Source: an uncultured Verrucomicrobiae bacterium (GTDB lineage: Bacteria > Verrucomicrobiota > Verrucomicrobiia > Chthoniobacterales > UBA10450). From it: a stretch of 64,000 nt of DNA. Positions 21,001-29,896 of the stretch are shown here, piece by piece. The DNA lies in the NCBI GenBank assembly GCA_963834385.1, contig CAWIBO010000002.1, positions 352,001-416,000 of the forward strand. The letters are read 5' to 3'. Numbering within the stretch: position 1 is the stretch's first letter; each line of letters begins with the position of its first letter. Position numbers and translations under genes: made by a program. The notes under the pieces were generated by a model. The model did no database searches. It saw nothing but the letters and a program-made list of their open reading frames with translations, and was not told the DNA's origin.

Positions 21001-21968
21001 GCGGGCCGTTCACCCTTTCCGGCCAGGTGCGTTTCCCGACGCTGACCGAGCCGGTCTTTGACCTGGCCTTGAAGGCCGACAGCATCCTGGTGGCGCGCAA
21101 CGACGACCTGACCGCGCGCACCGACGCCACGCTGACGTTCGAGGGGCCGCTCAACAGCGTGAACGTGGTCGGCGAAGTGGCGCTGACCAACAGCCATTTC
21201 CTCAAGAACATCGACCTGATTCCCATCGGGCTGCCGGGGCGTCCGCCGCCGCGTCCGCAGCCGCCCGCGGCCGCGCCGGAGTTCGCCTTCCCCAACCCGC
21301 CGCTGCGCGACTGGACTTTTGATGTCATCATCCGGACCAAGGAACCGTTCTCCATTCGCGGGAACCTGGCGCAGGGCGGCGCGATCGTGGACATGAAATT
21401 GACGGGCACAGGCGCAGAGCCTGCGCTCCAGGGGACCGTGCGGCTGGAGAACCTCGAGGCCACGCTGCCGTTCAGCCGGCTCGAGATCAACCAGGGCTCC
21501 ATCTACTTTAAACCCGACGACATTCTCAACCCCTCGATCGAATTGCAGGGCACATCGGTCATTCGTGACTACACCGTGCGCGTTTACGTCTATGGCACGG
21601 CGCTGGCGCCCGAAGCCGTCTTCAGCAGCGAACCGCCCCTGCCGCAGGAGGAAATCATTTCCCTTCTCGCCACCGGCACCACCCGCGAGGAACTCCTCGG
21701 GAACAGCAATGTCCTGGCCGGCCGCGCCGCCATGCTCCTTCTCCAGCAGCTTTATCGGAAAATTTTCAAAAAGGGCGACACGCAGCAGGCCAGCACCACC
21801 TCCGTGCTCGATCGTCTCGATCTCGACGTCGGCCGGGTCGACCCGCGGACCGGCCAGCAAACCGCCACGGCGCGTTACCGCGTCAACCGCAATTTCGTCC
21901 TTATCGGCGATATTGGCGTGGAAGGAGACTTTCGCGGCATGGTGAAATACCTTATCCGTTTCCGGTAA
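18078..21968 (+). CDS. Translocation/assembly module TamB-family protein
   Basis: ~1300 aa, N-terminal TM, beta-rich body, C-terminal FSSEPPLPQEEIISLL; directly upstream of an Omp85 gene. Start approximate. Confidence 0.82.
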   Translation: MQDEIPAKKTRRWWHWAGWALLALLLLAAILHRPLLQTVARRVLISVAEKQNLKVQFRLEGSMLGDVTLRNVRATATGPSAVQMLEAGMLRVDYSLWGFATEGMSGLLQTIEARDVTAVLDPAKAPPSPELKKKEETKFSLPAVFPRRLLLSDVSLRLKADPHDFILGNLFLDLHPRQPGELRVALLQLANGKSWQNVTATTSYENRNLVLRNLVLDDGTRLDLVNLDASRVDEGKLDVKFDGLVGGGRVGGSIALGEKGGGAETTVDFNVQNTSLAQVGRSFGREDTGVAGEVDRLSVKGRGRIDRPETWSGAIAGEIRNLEVAGATFDRAVVDLSAADGQASISNVTLSQGSNNLILQGSAELPEKLSGFGRAPANIQLRGVLPDLGEVTARLPQPVTGSAEINGQVKVEDETLRVDVVVAGGPIDFGEGSVQRLLLKVEAARKMPQPGAEEPYYTNLTSEISVDATGLRARAYAVDSVEGRIRSRGENVSVEQLLAVRGANRVTLAGTYVLPRDFARAASQPGTIDLAVSAPSLGEFWVDDSPDRVTGAIDARVAADFREGLGDGYFNLLGSNLEMRKLTIEQFTAQGTTGAGTLYLNDLTARLHEQGYIIASGQVKAEKPFPYEGRLLVDVDDLSRFEPVLRALGNKAELAGALEINWAGKGIGAKFEDSGELKLELEGGRYGDLRNLKAKIEAAYTPEALNVPIIFASSDEMMFQASMATRDNALELSEAQVYQGESKYAVGYASVPLVWQNIGTDRPLLRDDGDVSISFQSENLDIEKLFQDFGKEAPVKGAATIVLEASGPLSDLRASLDLKFAGLRSEQYDDLQPATFDIQARLEDNQLAVDGKLVQARIEPVTLEARLPMNVAETIQRRSLPDNIPLSASVKMPRSSMNFVRQFVPALQRVDGDMAFNLDVTGTVRNPTLRGSAEMHINVARMANATLPSVSNFDARLVFDGDTLTFQTFKGELAGGPFTLSGQVRFPTLTEPVFDLALKADSILVARNDDLTARTDATLTFEGPLNSVNVVGEVALTNSHFLKNIDLIPIGLPGRPPPRPQPPAAAPEFAFPNPPLRDWTFDVIIRTKEPFSIRGNLAQGGAIVDMKLTGTGAEPALQGTVRLENLEATLPFSRLEINQGSIYFKPDDILNPSIELQGTSVIRDYTVRVYVYGTALAPEAVFSSEPPLPQEEIISLLATGTTREELLGNSNVLAGRAAMLLLQQLYRKIFKKGDTQQASTTSVLDRLDLDVGRVDPRTGQQTATARYRVNRNFVLIGDIGVEGDFRGMVKYLIRFR

Positions 21969-24121
21969 TGAAACCGCTGCTCCTGCTTCTTTTGCCTCTC
22001 GCCCTTCTGGGCGGGCCGGTCCGTGCCGCGGTGGAGGCACAGCGGATGGAAGAGAAGGAGGAAGCCGAGCGCGCGGTGACCAAACAGAAAAAGAAGGTGG
22101 CGCAACAGTCCAACCTCGAAATCGTCGGGGCCGATTCCTTCGCCGACAAGGTTTTGCGCGATCATCTCAAGGAACAACTGACCTCGATCGAGCAGCTCGG
22201 GCTGACCGCGCCGCGCGCGGACGACACCGCCTTTTTTCTCGAGCTCTTTTATCGCAAGCACGGTCATTCCAAGGTCAACGTGACCTATGCCATTCTGCCG
22301 GGCAGCAAACTTCGCCTGACGGTGCAGGAAGGCCCGCTGATGACCATCGGCGAAATCCGTTTCGTCGGAAATTCGGTCATTCCGCACGAGAAACTCTTCG
22401 AATATGTCGTCGGCCCGATCAGGGAACGCGAATCCAAGGCGCAGCCCACGCTGCCGTTTGTTCCCGGCGATCTCGAGGAAGGCGTGGAACTGGTTCGGCG
22501 CCTTTATGTCGCGGAAGGGTTTCTCGATGCCATGATTGATGCCCCCATCTTTACCGAAAAGGGCGATGGGACCCGGGTGCAGGTGACCATCCCGATCCAC
22601 GAGGGACGCCGCTACACCTTTGGAAAGATCTCTTTCATCGGGCCCGCCCCGGTCCCCGAGGAGCAACTCCTGAGCGAGATTCTCGATCTGGTGGCGGAAC
22701 CGTACACCGCCGCACGGGTGGCCGATATTCCCCGTCGTCTCCAGGGTTATCTCAAGCAGCGCGGATATTATAATGCCAACGTGGATGCCGCCGGATTTCC
22801 GGAACGCGCTCCGGGGGGCCGCGTTCCCGTGCGCGTCACCCTGGAGCCCGGCGCCGTTTATCACTTTGGCGATGTGCGGGTGACCGGTTTGAAACGGTTG
22901 CGCCCGAGCTACCTCGAGAATCGCTTCGATGAACTCGAGGGTGATGTCTACGATCCCAAGGAGATCGACCAGCGGTTCCGCACCCTCATGCGGACCGGTC
23001 TCTTTAACATCCTGCAAATCAACCCGGTGCCGGTCGGCGACAAAACCCTCCGGCTGGACATCACCGCGGAGGAGGCCAAGGCCAAGGAGGCCGGTGTCTC
23101 CGTCGGCTACGGCACTTTCGCCGGATACATTCTCGGAGCGCAATATCGCGACCGAAACCTTTTTGGTTATGGACGTCCCGTCACCACTTCGGCCGAAATC
23201 TCACAGCGCGGTTACAAGGGCGAGATTATTTTCGAGGATCCTTATCTCTTCACCACCGACGTAAAGCTGCGCCTCCGGCTCGGCGCGCTGACCTATCAAT
23301 TCGAGGGTTATGAGAAGTTCGAGATCGGCGTTCGCGGTGAGCTCTCGCGCAAATTCGGCAAATATTACGAGGCCGGCCTCGTCCTTCAGGCCCGTTACGT
23401 TGACATCATCAACGCCACCATCGAGTCGAAGTTTCTTGGACAAAGGCGATACCAGGTGAACAGCATCGGGTTCACCCAAAGCCTCGATTTTCGCGAGGCG
23501 CCTCTGGTCGCGCCGCGCGGCTTGGTCGTCGATCACACCTTTGACGTCGCTCTTTCCGCCATCGGGAGCGAGATCGATTATGTGCGCACGACCGCGCGCG
23601 CAACCTACTATCTCCCCTTCAGTCCGCCGGTGAAGAACGTCAACCTGGTCGAGGATGTGGAGAAAAGCGGCTTCCAGAAGTGGTTTGAGAATTCCGGCAT
23701 CGCCGTGGGCGCGCGCGTGGGAATGATTCAGCCGCTTTCAAACTTTGGCGCGAACGCCATCCCCATCGATGAACGATTTTTCAACGGCGGCAGCACCACC
23801 GTGCGCAGCTTCCCGGAACGCGAGCTCGGCCCGCGCGACCGCAAGCTGCTCCCAATCGGCGGCGAGTTTTACTCCGTTTTCAACGCCGAATACACCTTCC
23901 CGATCTACGGCGAACTGCACGGCGCCGTCTTCATCGATGCCGGCAACCTCCAGCCCGACGTGACTGATATCGGCTTCGATGACATGCGCTACGGCGTCGG
24001 CACCGGTCTGCGTTACCAGCTTCCCATCGGGCCCATCCGCGCCGACTACGCGGTCAACCCGAATCCGAAGCTCGGCGAAAGCGAAGGCGCCTTCCACTTC
24101 AGCTTCGGCTTCGCGTTTTAA
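21968..24121 (+). CDS. BamA/TamA (Omp85) outer-membrane assembly factor
   Basis: Signal peptide, POTRA repeats, RNLFGYG, RFFNGGSTTVRSF, IGPIRADY, terminal Phe. Confidence 0.92.
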   Translation: MKPLLLLLLPLALLGGPVRAAVEAQRMEEKEEAERAVTKQKKKVAQQSNLEIVGADSFADKVLRDHLKEQLTSIEQLGLTAPRADDTAFFLELFYRKHGHSKVNVTYAILPGSKLRLTVQEGPLMTIGEIRFVGNSVIPHEKLFEYVVGPIRERESKAQPTLPFVPGDLEEGVELVRRLYVAEGFLDAMIDAPIFTEKGDGTRVQVTIPIHEGRRYTFGKISFIGPAPVPEEQLLSEILDLVAEPYTAARVADIPRRLQGYLKQRGYYNANVDAAGFPERAPGGRVPVRVTLEPGAVYHFGDVRVTGLKRLRPSYLENRFDELEGDVYDPKEIDQRFRTLMRTGLFNILQINPVPVGDKTLRLDITAEEAKAKEAGVSVGYGTFAGYILGAQYRDRNLFGYGRPVTTSAEISQRGYKGEIIFEDPYLFTTDVKLRLRLGALTYQFEGYEKFEIGVRGELSRKFGKYYEAGLVLQARYVDIINATIESKFLGQRRYQVNSIGFTQSLDFREAPLVAPRGLVVDHTFDVALSAIGSEIDYVRTTARATYYLPFSPPVKNVNLVEDVEKSGFQKWFENSGIAVGARVGMIQPLSNFGANAIPIDERFFNGGSTTVRSFPERELGPRDRKLLPIGGEFYSVFNAEYTFPIYGELHGAVFIDAGNLQPDVTDIGFDDMRYGVGTGLRYQLPIGPIRADYAVNPNPKLGESEGAFHFSFGFAF

Positions 24122-24155
24122 GGTCACAGGGAACCGGCGGCACGGCCGGCGTGAC

Positions 24156-24618
24156 CTATTCCGCCGTCTCTTCTGCGTCGGGCTCTTCCGCGAGGCGTTC
24201 CCGGTAGGAGGAACCGTCGCTGGCGATCTCGGTGATGCGCCATTCCTCCTTCTCCTGCTTGAAGGTGTAGGTGACGGAATGTGCTTCGCCGAAGTTGGTG
24301 AAGGTGGCGGTGTAAACCGGCGTGGGCGGGCCGGAGACTTCCTGAACCTTGAGGGTCCGGGCCACTTCGGCCTCGTCGTAGTCGTTGCCGGGCACAAAGG
24401 GATTTTCCATGACTTCTTCCGCGGCCACGGCCTTTTTGATCAGCTCCAGCAGGTCGGTCGCCAGGTAACGCGCCAGTTCCTCCTCATGCACCCAGAGGGT
24501 GTCGGCGAGGAACGACTTGTAGAGGTCGTGGACCATCTTTTCCGGGGCGGGCTGGTTCCGCGGCCACGGCGAAAGAGGTGAGAACGAGGACGATGAACAA
24601 GCGGAGAGAAAGCTGCAT
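24156..24618 (-). CDS. Secreted DUF3828-like protein; frameshift near 24545
   Basis: Signal peptide MQLSLRLF... in one frame; NPFVPGND and WRITEI in the other. Confidence 0.55.
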
Positions 24619-24700
24619 GGGGCTGACTTGTCGCCTTTTTCGCTCCGAATGCAACGGAGGCGCGGCCCGGGGGCGGGGGCTGTTCCCGGGCAAGGGCGCC

Positions 24701-24757
24701 TTGCGAGGGGAAAGGGTCGAACCTATATTCCGGAGGCATCCGTGGCGGTCGCCACGG
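24701..24757 (+). promoter_or_regulatory. Sigma70-like promoter of the hppD operon with downstream palindrome
   Basis: TTGCGA (24701-24706), 17-bp spacer, TATATT (24724-24729); CCGTGGCG-GT-CGCCACGG at 24740-24757. Confidence 0.6.
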
Positions 24758-24781
24758 TCGTTCACCAGAGAGGACTCCCTT

Positions 24782-25942
24782 ATGAGCACAACCGTAGCCG
24801 AACCAAAGAAACAAAGCGTGGCCGACCGCATGAAGGCGGAGCACCAGCCGGACCAGGATTTCCTCCCGTTGCAGGGCACTGATTACGTGGAGTTCTACGT
24901 CGGCAATGCCAAACAGGCGGCCCATTACTACAAGACCGCCTTTGGTTTCCAGAGCCTGGCTTATGCCGGACCCGAAACCGGCGTGAAGGACCGGGCCAGC
25001 TATGTCATCCGGCAAAACAAACTGACCTTCATGTTGACCACGCCGCTGCGCCCGGATGGCCCGATCGCGGACCACATTCACCGGCATGGCGACGGCGTCA
25101 AAGTGCTGGCCCTGCGCGTGGACGACGCCACCTCGGCCTGGAAGGAAACGACCAAACGGGGCGGAAAAAGCTATCTCGAGCCCAAGACGCTGGAAGACGA
25201 GAACGGCCGCGTGGTCATGAGCGGCATCCACACCTACGGCGACACGGTCCATCTCTTCATCGAGCGCGGGGATTACAAGGGCGTCTTCATGCCCGGCTTC
25301 CGGAAGTGGGAATCGAAATACAATCCGCCGGAAACCGGCCTCCTCTATGTCGACCATTGCGTCGGCAACGTCGGCTGGAACCAGATGAACCCGTGGGTGA
25401 AGTTTTACGAGGAGGTCATGGGCTTCCGCAACATCCTCACCTTCGACGACAAGGATATCTCGACCGAGTACTCCGCGCTCATGAGCAAGGTCATGAGCAA
25501 TGGAAACGGCTTTGTGAAGTTTCCGATCAACGAGCCGGCCGAGGGGAAAAAGAAGTCGCAGGTGGAGGAGTATCTCGACTTCTACGGGGGCGAAGGGGTG
25601 CAGCATTGCGCCCTGGCGACCAACAACATCATCGAGACGGTGAGCGACCTGCAAAACCGCGGGGTGGAGTTCCTGAATATCCCGGACAGCTATTACGAGA
25701 CGGTGCTCGACCGCGTGGGCAAGATCGACGAGGACCTGAAGCCTCTGCGCCAGCTCGGTATCCTGGTGGACCGCGATGAGGAGGGCTATTTGCTGCAGAT
25801 CTTCACCAAACCGGTGGAAGACCGGCCCACCCTGTTCTTCGAGATCATTCAGCGCAAAGGGGCAAAGAGTTTTGGGAAGGGTAATTTCAAGGCGCTTTTC
25901 GAGGCGCTGGAGAAGGAACAGGACGCCCGTGGGAACCTTTAA
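24782..25942 (+). CDS. hppD: 4-hydroxyphenylpyruvate dioxygenase
   Basis: HGDGVK, DHCVGN, FPINEP, GEGVQH, LLQIFTKP, FGKGNFKALFEA. Confidence 0.98.
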   Translation: MSTTVAEPKKQSVADRMKAEHQPDQDFLPLQGTDYVEFYVGNAKQAAHYYKTAFGFQSLAYAGPETGVKDRASYVIRQNKLTFMLTTPLRPDGPIADHIHRHGDGVKVLALRVDDATSAWKETTKRGGKSYLEPKTLEDENGRVVMSGIHTYGDTVHLFIERGDYKGVFMPGFRKWESKYNPPETGLLYVDHCVGNVGWNQMNPWVKFYEEVMGFRNILTFDDKDISTEYSALMSKVMSNGNGFVKFPINEPAEGKKKSQVEEYLDFYGGEGVQHCALATNNIIETVSDLQNRGVEFLNIPDSYYETVLDRVGKIDEDLKPLRQLGILVDRDEEGYLLQIFTKPVEDRPTLFFEIIQRKGAKSFGKGNFKALFEALEKEQDARGNL

Positions 25943-25952
25943 GGAGTAGCAA

Positions 25953-27138
25953 ATGCCGCATTATCAGAAACTCGGGGAGATCCCGCGCAAACATCACGTC
26001 TGGTTTCATCGCAACGGGGCCGGGCCCGGCTACAAGAACGAGGGGATCTATTACGAGCACGTCATCACGACGGAAGGCTTCAACGAGGCCTACTCCATCA
26101 TGTATCACCTGCGGCCGCCCACCCGCGTTCGCAGCGTGGAACTCCTCAAGTGCGAGGAGCTGAAGAAGGTCGCGAACGCTCCGCTCCGCCATCATCATCT
26201 CAAGGCGGCGAATGTCCCGCGGCAGGGCGATCTTTATACCGGGCGCATCCCAATGCTCTTCAACCAGGACATGATCGCCTACCGGCACAAGCCGGCCAAG
26301 ACCTACGGCGAGTACGAGTATTACCGGAACGGCGGGGCCGACGAGATCATCTTCGTCTTCAAGGGCGCCGGCACGCTCGAGTCCCCCTTCGGCAAACTGC
26401 GTTATCGGGCGGAGGATTACATCGTCATCCCGCGCGGCATCACCTATCGGCTCGTTCCCGGACAAGGTGGAGGAGGAGGACTATCTCATCCTCGAGTCGA
26501 ACGGCCCGGTCCGGATTCCGCGGCGTTATCTGAATCATGACGGCCAGATCCGCATGGGCTCGCCCTATTCCGAGCGCGATTTCCACGGCCCGACCGAGAT
26601 TCTCACGATCGACAAGGACGAGGATGTGGCCGTGCTGGTGAAGGACGGTCCGCGCTGGACCCGCGTGGTGCATGCCCATCATCCCTTCGACATCGTGGGC
26701 TGGGACGGGTTTGTTTATCCCTTCACCTTCAACGCGCAGGATTTTGAGCCGATTACCGGGACGGTGCATCAGCCGCCGCCGATCCATCAGACCTTTGAGA
26801 TCCGCGGCTATGTCGTCTGCACGTTCGCCCCGCGCATGCTCGATTATCACCCGGAGGCGGTGAAAATCCCGTGGGTGCACGACAACGTCGAGGCCGACGA
26901 GGTCCTCTTTTACGTGCGCGGCAATTTCGGCTCGCGCAAGGGCATCGAGGCCGGCTCCATGACGCTGCATCCGCGCGGCATTCCGCACGGGCCGCATCCG
27001 GGCACCATCATGGCGAGCAAGGATGCCACCCGCACGGAGGAACTCGCCGTCATGTTCGACACCGAGCACACGCTCGAGCTGACCGAGCAGGCCTTGAAGC
27101 TGGACGACGAGAAGTATCCGCTGAGCTGGCTGGATTAA
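25953..27138 (+). CDS. hmgA: Homogentisate 1,2-dioxygenase; frameshift near 26461
   Basis: GEIPRKHH, PFDIVGWDG, HQPPPIHQTF, TLHPRGIPHGP, ELAVMFDT. Confidence 0.93.
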
Positions 27139-27141
27139 CGC

Positions 27142-27771
27142 TTGAAACGCGACGGCCACTCAGAGTTCGAGATCGAGGAACGGCTCACGCGCGAGCCCAA
27201 CCGGCTCAAGCCCGGCAAGCTGGAGGAGCTGACCTCCTCCTTTGGCGAGATCCTCGAGGCCATCGGCGAAGACCCGGCGCGCCAGGGACTGCTCAAGACA
27301 CCGGAACGCGCGGCCCGCTCCTTCGAGTTCCTGACCCAGGGTTACCGGCAAAGCGTCGAGGAGATCGTCAACCAGGCGATCTTCGATTCCGACGCGAGCG
27401 AGATCGTCCTGGTGAAGGACATCGAGCTTTATTCGATGTGCGAACACCATCTCCTGCCCTTCGTCGGCAAGGCGCATGTCGCCTACATCCCGAACGGCAA
27501 GGTGATCGGTCTCTCCAAGGTGGCCCGGATCGTGGATGTCTTTGCGCGTCGCCTGCAGATCCAGGAACAGCTGACCACCCAGATCGCCGACGCCATCATG
27601 ACCACCCTCCACCCCGACGGCGTCGCCGTGGTCATCGAGGCGAAACATCTTTGCATGATGATGCGCGGGGTGGAAAAACAGAATTCCACCATGACCACCT
27701 CCTGCCTCCTCGGATCGTTCAAGGAGGACGCCCGGACGCGGTCGGAGTTTCTCTCGCTGCTCAAGGGCTAG
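27142..27771 (+). CDS. folE: GTP cyclohydrolase I
   Basis: [36 protein letters not shown]. Confidence 0.97.
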   Translation: MKRDGHSEFEIEERLTREPNRLKPGKLEELTSSFGEILEAIGEDPARQGLLKTPERAARSFEFLTQGYRQSVEEIVNQAIFDSDASEIVLVKDIELYSMCEHHLLPFVGKAHVAYIPNGKVIGLSKVARIVDVFARRLQIQEQLTTQIADAIMTTLHPDGVAVVIEAKHLCMMMRGVEKQNSTMTTSCLLGSFKEDARTRSEFLSLLKG

Positions 27772-27779
27772 GAGCGCGC

Positions 27780-28976
27780 ATGCTCCTGACCGTCAGCAAG
27801 CGCCTCGAGTTTTGCGCTTCCCGCCGGCTGGCTCTCCCCGGGCGGACGGCGGCGCAGAACCGGGTCGATTTCGGGGCGGAGAGCGCGGCCCGCTACGGCA
27901 CCGGCCGGAATTATGTCGCCTGGTTCGTCCTCACCGGCACGGTGGACGAAAAGACGGGGATGCTGGTGAACATCAGCGAGATCAAACGCCGCGCCGCCGC
28001 CATCGTGGACGAGCGTTTCGACCACAAATTCCTGAACGCCGATCACCCGGCGTTTCGCGAGGCCGCGCCCACGGCGGAAAATATCGCGCGCCAGCTCCTG
28101 CAGGAGGCGCTGCCGGCTTTTGCCGGGATCAAGGCGGAGCTGACGGCGGTGCACCTGCGCGAAAACCGTTACCGGTCCGCCACCGTTTACGCCTCGGGCG
28201 CGACCGAGGCCAACCATTGGTTCGAGTTCTCGGCCGCGCGCCAGACGATGTCGCCCCATCTTTCCCAGGAGGAGAACGAACAGCTTTTCGGCGCGGCGGC
28301 CTCGCCCGCCGGGCACGGTCATCATTACCGGGCCCGGATCACCTTTCGCGACACCTTCCCGCCGGTCTCAGCGGTGGAGAAGACCCTGCTGGAACAGCGC
28401 GATCTTCTCGATCACAAGAACCTGAACCAGGAAGTGCCGGCGTTACGTGGCCGGCCAATCACAACTGAGTCGCTCGCGCGCTGGCTGCGCGAAACGCTGT
28501 CCGGGGACCTGCCCGTGTGCGGCGTTCGTTTGCATGAGCGTGACGATTTTTTCGCGGAAGCCTGGCCGGAGGGCGAGACGCTGCTGGGGCTCCGGCGTTC
28601 CTTCAGCGCGGCGCATCGGCTGCATTCCTCCGCGTTGACGGAGGAAGAGAACCGAACGCTTTACGACAAGTGCAACAACGAGCTGGGGCATGGGCACACC
28701 TATGTGGCCGAGGCGACAATCCGCGGTCCCTATGATGAACGCACGGGGACGGTCTCATCCTTCGACCGGTTGCAGCAGGGTCTGGCCGAGGCGGTGGCGC
28801 CATGGGAAGACCGGCACCTCGACCTCGAGACCGATGAATTCCGGGACCATCCCTCCACGGGCGAGAACATCGTGCGCGCCCTCTGGGAGAAGGTGAACGG
28901 TCGTTTGGACGACCAGCTGGTCCGCTTGCGGCTCTGGGAAACCGCCAATAACCGGTTTACCCTGCGGCGTTCATGA
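27780..28976 (+). CDS. Three-domain 6-pyruvoyl-tetrahydropterin synthase (PTPS/QueD fold x3)
   Basis: Three tandem units each with F.A..R/Q, D(H/R)..L, T.E.I/L and L.E motifs; third unit has FSAAHRL ... KCNNELGHGHTY. Confidence 0.88.
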   Translation: MLLTVSKRLEFCASRRLALPGRTAAQNRVDFGAESAARYGTGRNYVAWFVLTGTVDEKTGMLVNISEIKRRAAAIVDERFDHKFLNADHPAFREAAPTAENIARQLLQEALPAFAGIKAELTAVHLRENRYRSATVYASGATEANHWFEFSAARQTMSPHLSQEENEQLFGAAASPAGHGHHYRARITFRDTFPPVSAVEKTLLEQRDLLDHKNLNQEVPALRGRPITTESLARWLRETLSGDLPVCGVRLHERDDFFAEAWPEGETLLGLRRSFSAAHRLHSSALTEEENRTLYDKCNNELGHGHTYVAEATIRGPYDERTGTVSSFDRLQQGLAEAVAPWEDRHLDLETDEFRDHPSTGENIVRALWEKVNGRLDDQLVRLRLWETANNRFTLRRS

Positions 28977-29665
28977 AACGTTATCTTGTCACCGGCGCCA
29001 GCCGCGGCATCGGACGGGCCATCGCCCTGAGATTGGCGGCGCCCCAGACGACGATCATTCTCCATGGGCGCGATGAGAAGGCGCTGGCCGAGGTCCGCGC
29101 GGGTGTGGAAGAGCGCGGCGCCACCGCCCGCGTTGCCCCGGCTGACCTCGCCACCCCGGAAGGGGTGGAGGGTTTGGTCGCCGCCCTGGGCGGCGAAAAA
29201 CTTGACGTCCTGATCAACAACGCCGGCCTCGCCGTGGTGAAACCGCTCGCGGAGATCTCGCTCGCGGAATGGCAGCGCAGCCTGGCCGTGAACGTGACCG
29301 CGCCGTTCCTTCTCACCCAGAAGCTGGCCGACCGGATTCCGCGCGGCGGAAGCGTGGTCAACATTCTTTCCATCGCCGCCCGGACCGGGTTTCCGGGCTG
29401 GAGCGGTTATTGCGCAAGCAAGTTTGCCCTCGAGGGTTTCTCGCAGGCGGTCCGGGAGGAGTTCCGGCCGCGGGGGGTGCGGGTGATCAACATCTACCCC
29501 GCCGCGACCGACACCGAAATCTGGGAGGGGGTGGAGGGGGAATGGCCGCGCGAAAAGATGATGCGGGCCGAGGAGATCGCCGGGGCTGTGTCTTTTGCCC
29601 TGGCGCAGCCCGAGACGACCACGGTCGAGAATATCACTCTTTCGGCGACGGCGGGCGCCCTTTAG
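28973..29665 (+). CDS. SDR oxidoreductase, candidate sepiapterin reductase
   Basis: TGASRGIG, NNAG, GWSGYCASK; overlaps the PTPS stop (ATGA). Confidence 0.8.
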   Translation: MKRYLVTGASRGIGRAIALRLAAPQTTIILHGRDEKALAEVRAGVEERGATARVAPADLATPEGVEGLVAALGGEKLDVLINNAGLAVVKPLAEISLAEWQRSLAVNVTAPFLLTQKLADRIPRGGSVVNILSIAARTGFPGWSGYCASKFALEGFSQAVREEFRPRGVRVINIYPAATDTEIWEGVEGEWPREKMMRAEEIAGAVSFALAQPETTTVENITLSATAGAL

Positions 29666-29674
29666 GCGCGACGT

Positions 29675-29893
29675 CTACTCGTAGCGGCCGCGGGCGGAAA
29701 GTTCACCGCGCAATTCCGACTGCAGCTTCGGGCTCAACCGGCTCAGGATCTGTTCCCGCCGTTTCGGATCCACGCTCAGGAGCTGGCGCATAAACTTTTC
29801 CCGGGTGCGCCGCGCTTCGAAACGGCTGAAGAAGACGGCCGCAGCCAGGACGGCGGCGATGAACCAGACAACCAGCGCGCCGGCCGTGACCAT
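29675..29893 (-). CDS. Small hypothetical membrane protein
   Basis: 72 aa, N-terminal TM, starts 3 nt after the phhA stop. Confidence 0.55.
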   Translation of the reverse strand: MVTAGALVVWFIAAVLAAAVFFSRFEARRTREKFMRQLLSVDPKRREQILSRLSPKLQSELRGELSARGRYE

Positions 29894-29896
29894 GGC

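Noticed and set aside
19800..22040. Long antisense ORFs (e.g. 746 aa here; also 3301-4866, 16528-18210, 30032-31660)
   Set aside because: Shadow ORFs opposite well-supported genes, expected in high-GC DNA.
26871..27779. N-terminal 303 aa of the 701-aa ORF
   Set aside because: Out-of-frame overlap with hmgA and folE; the PTPS starts at 27780.
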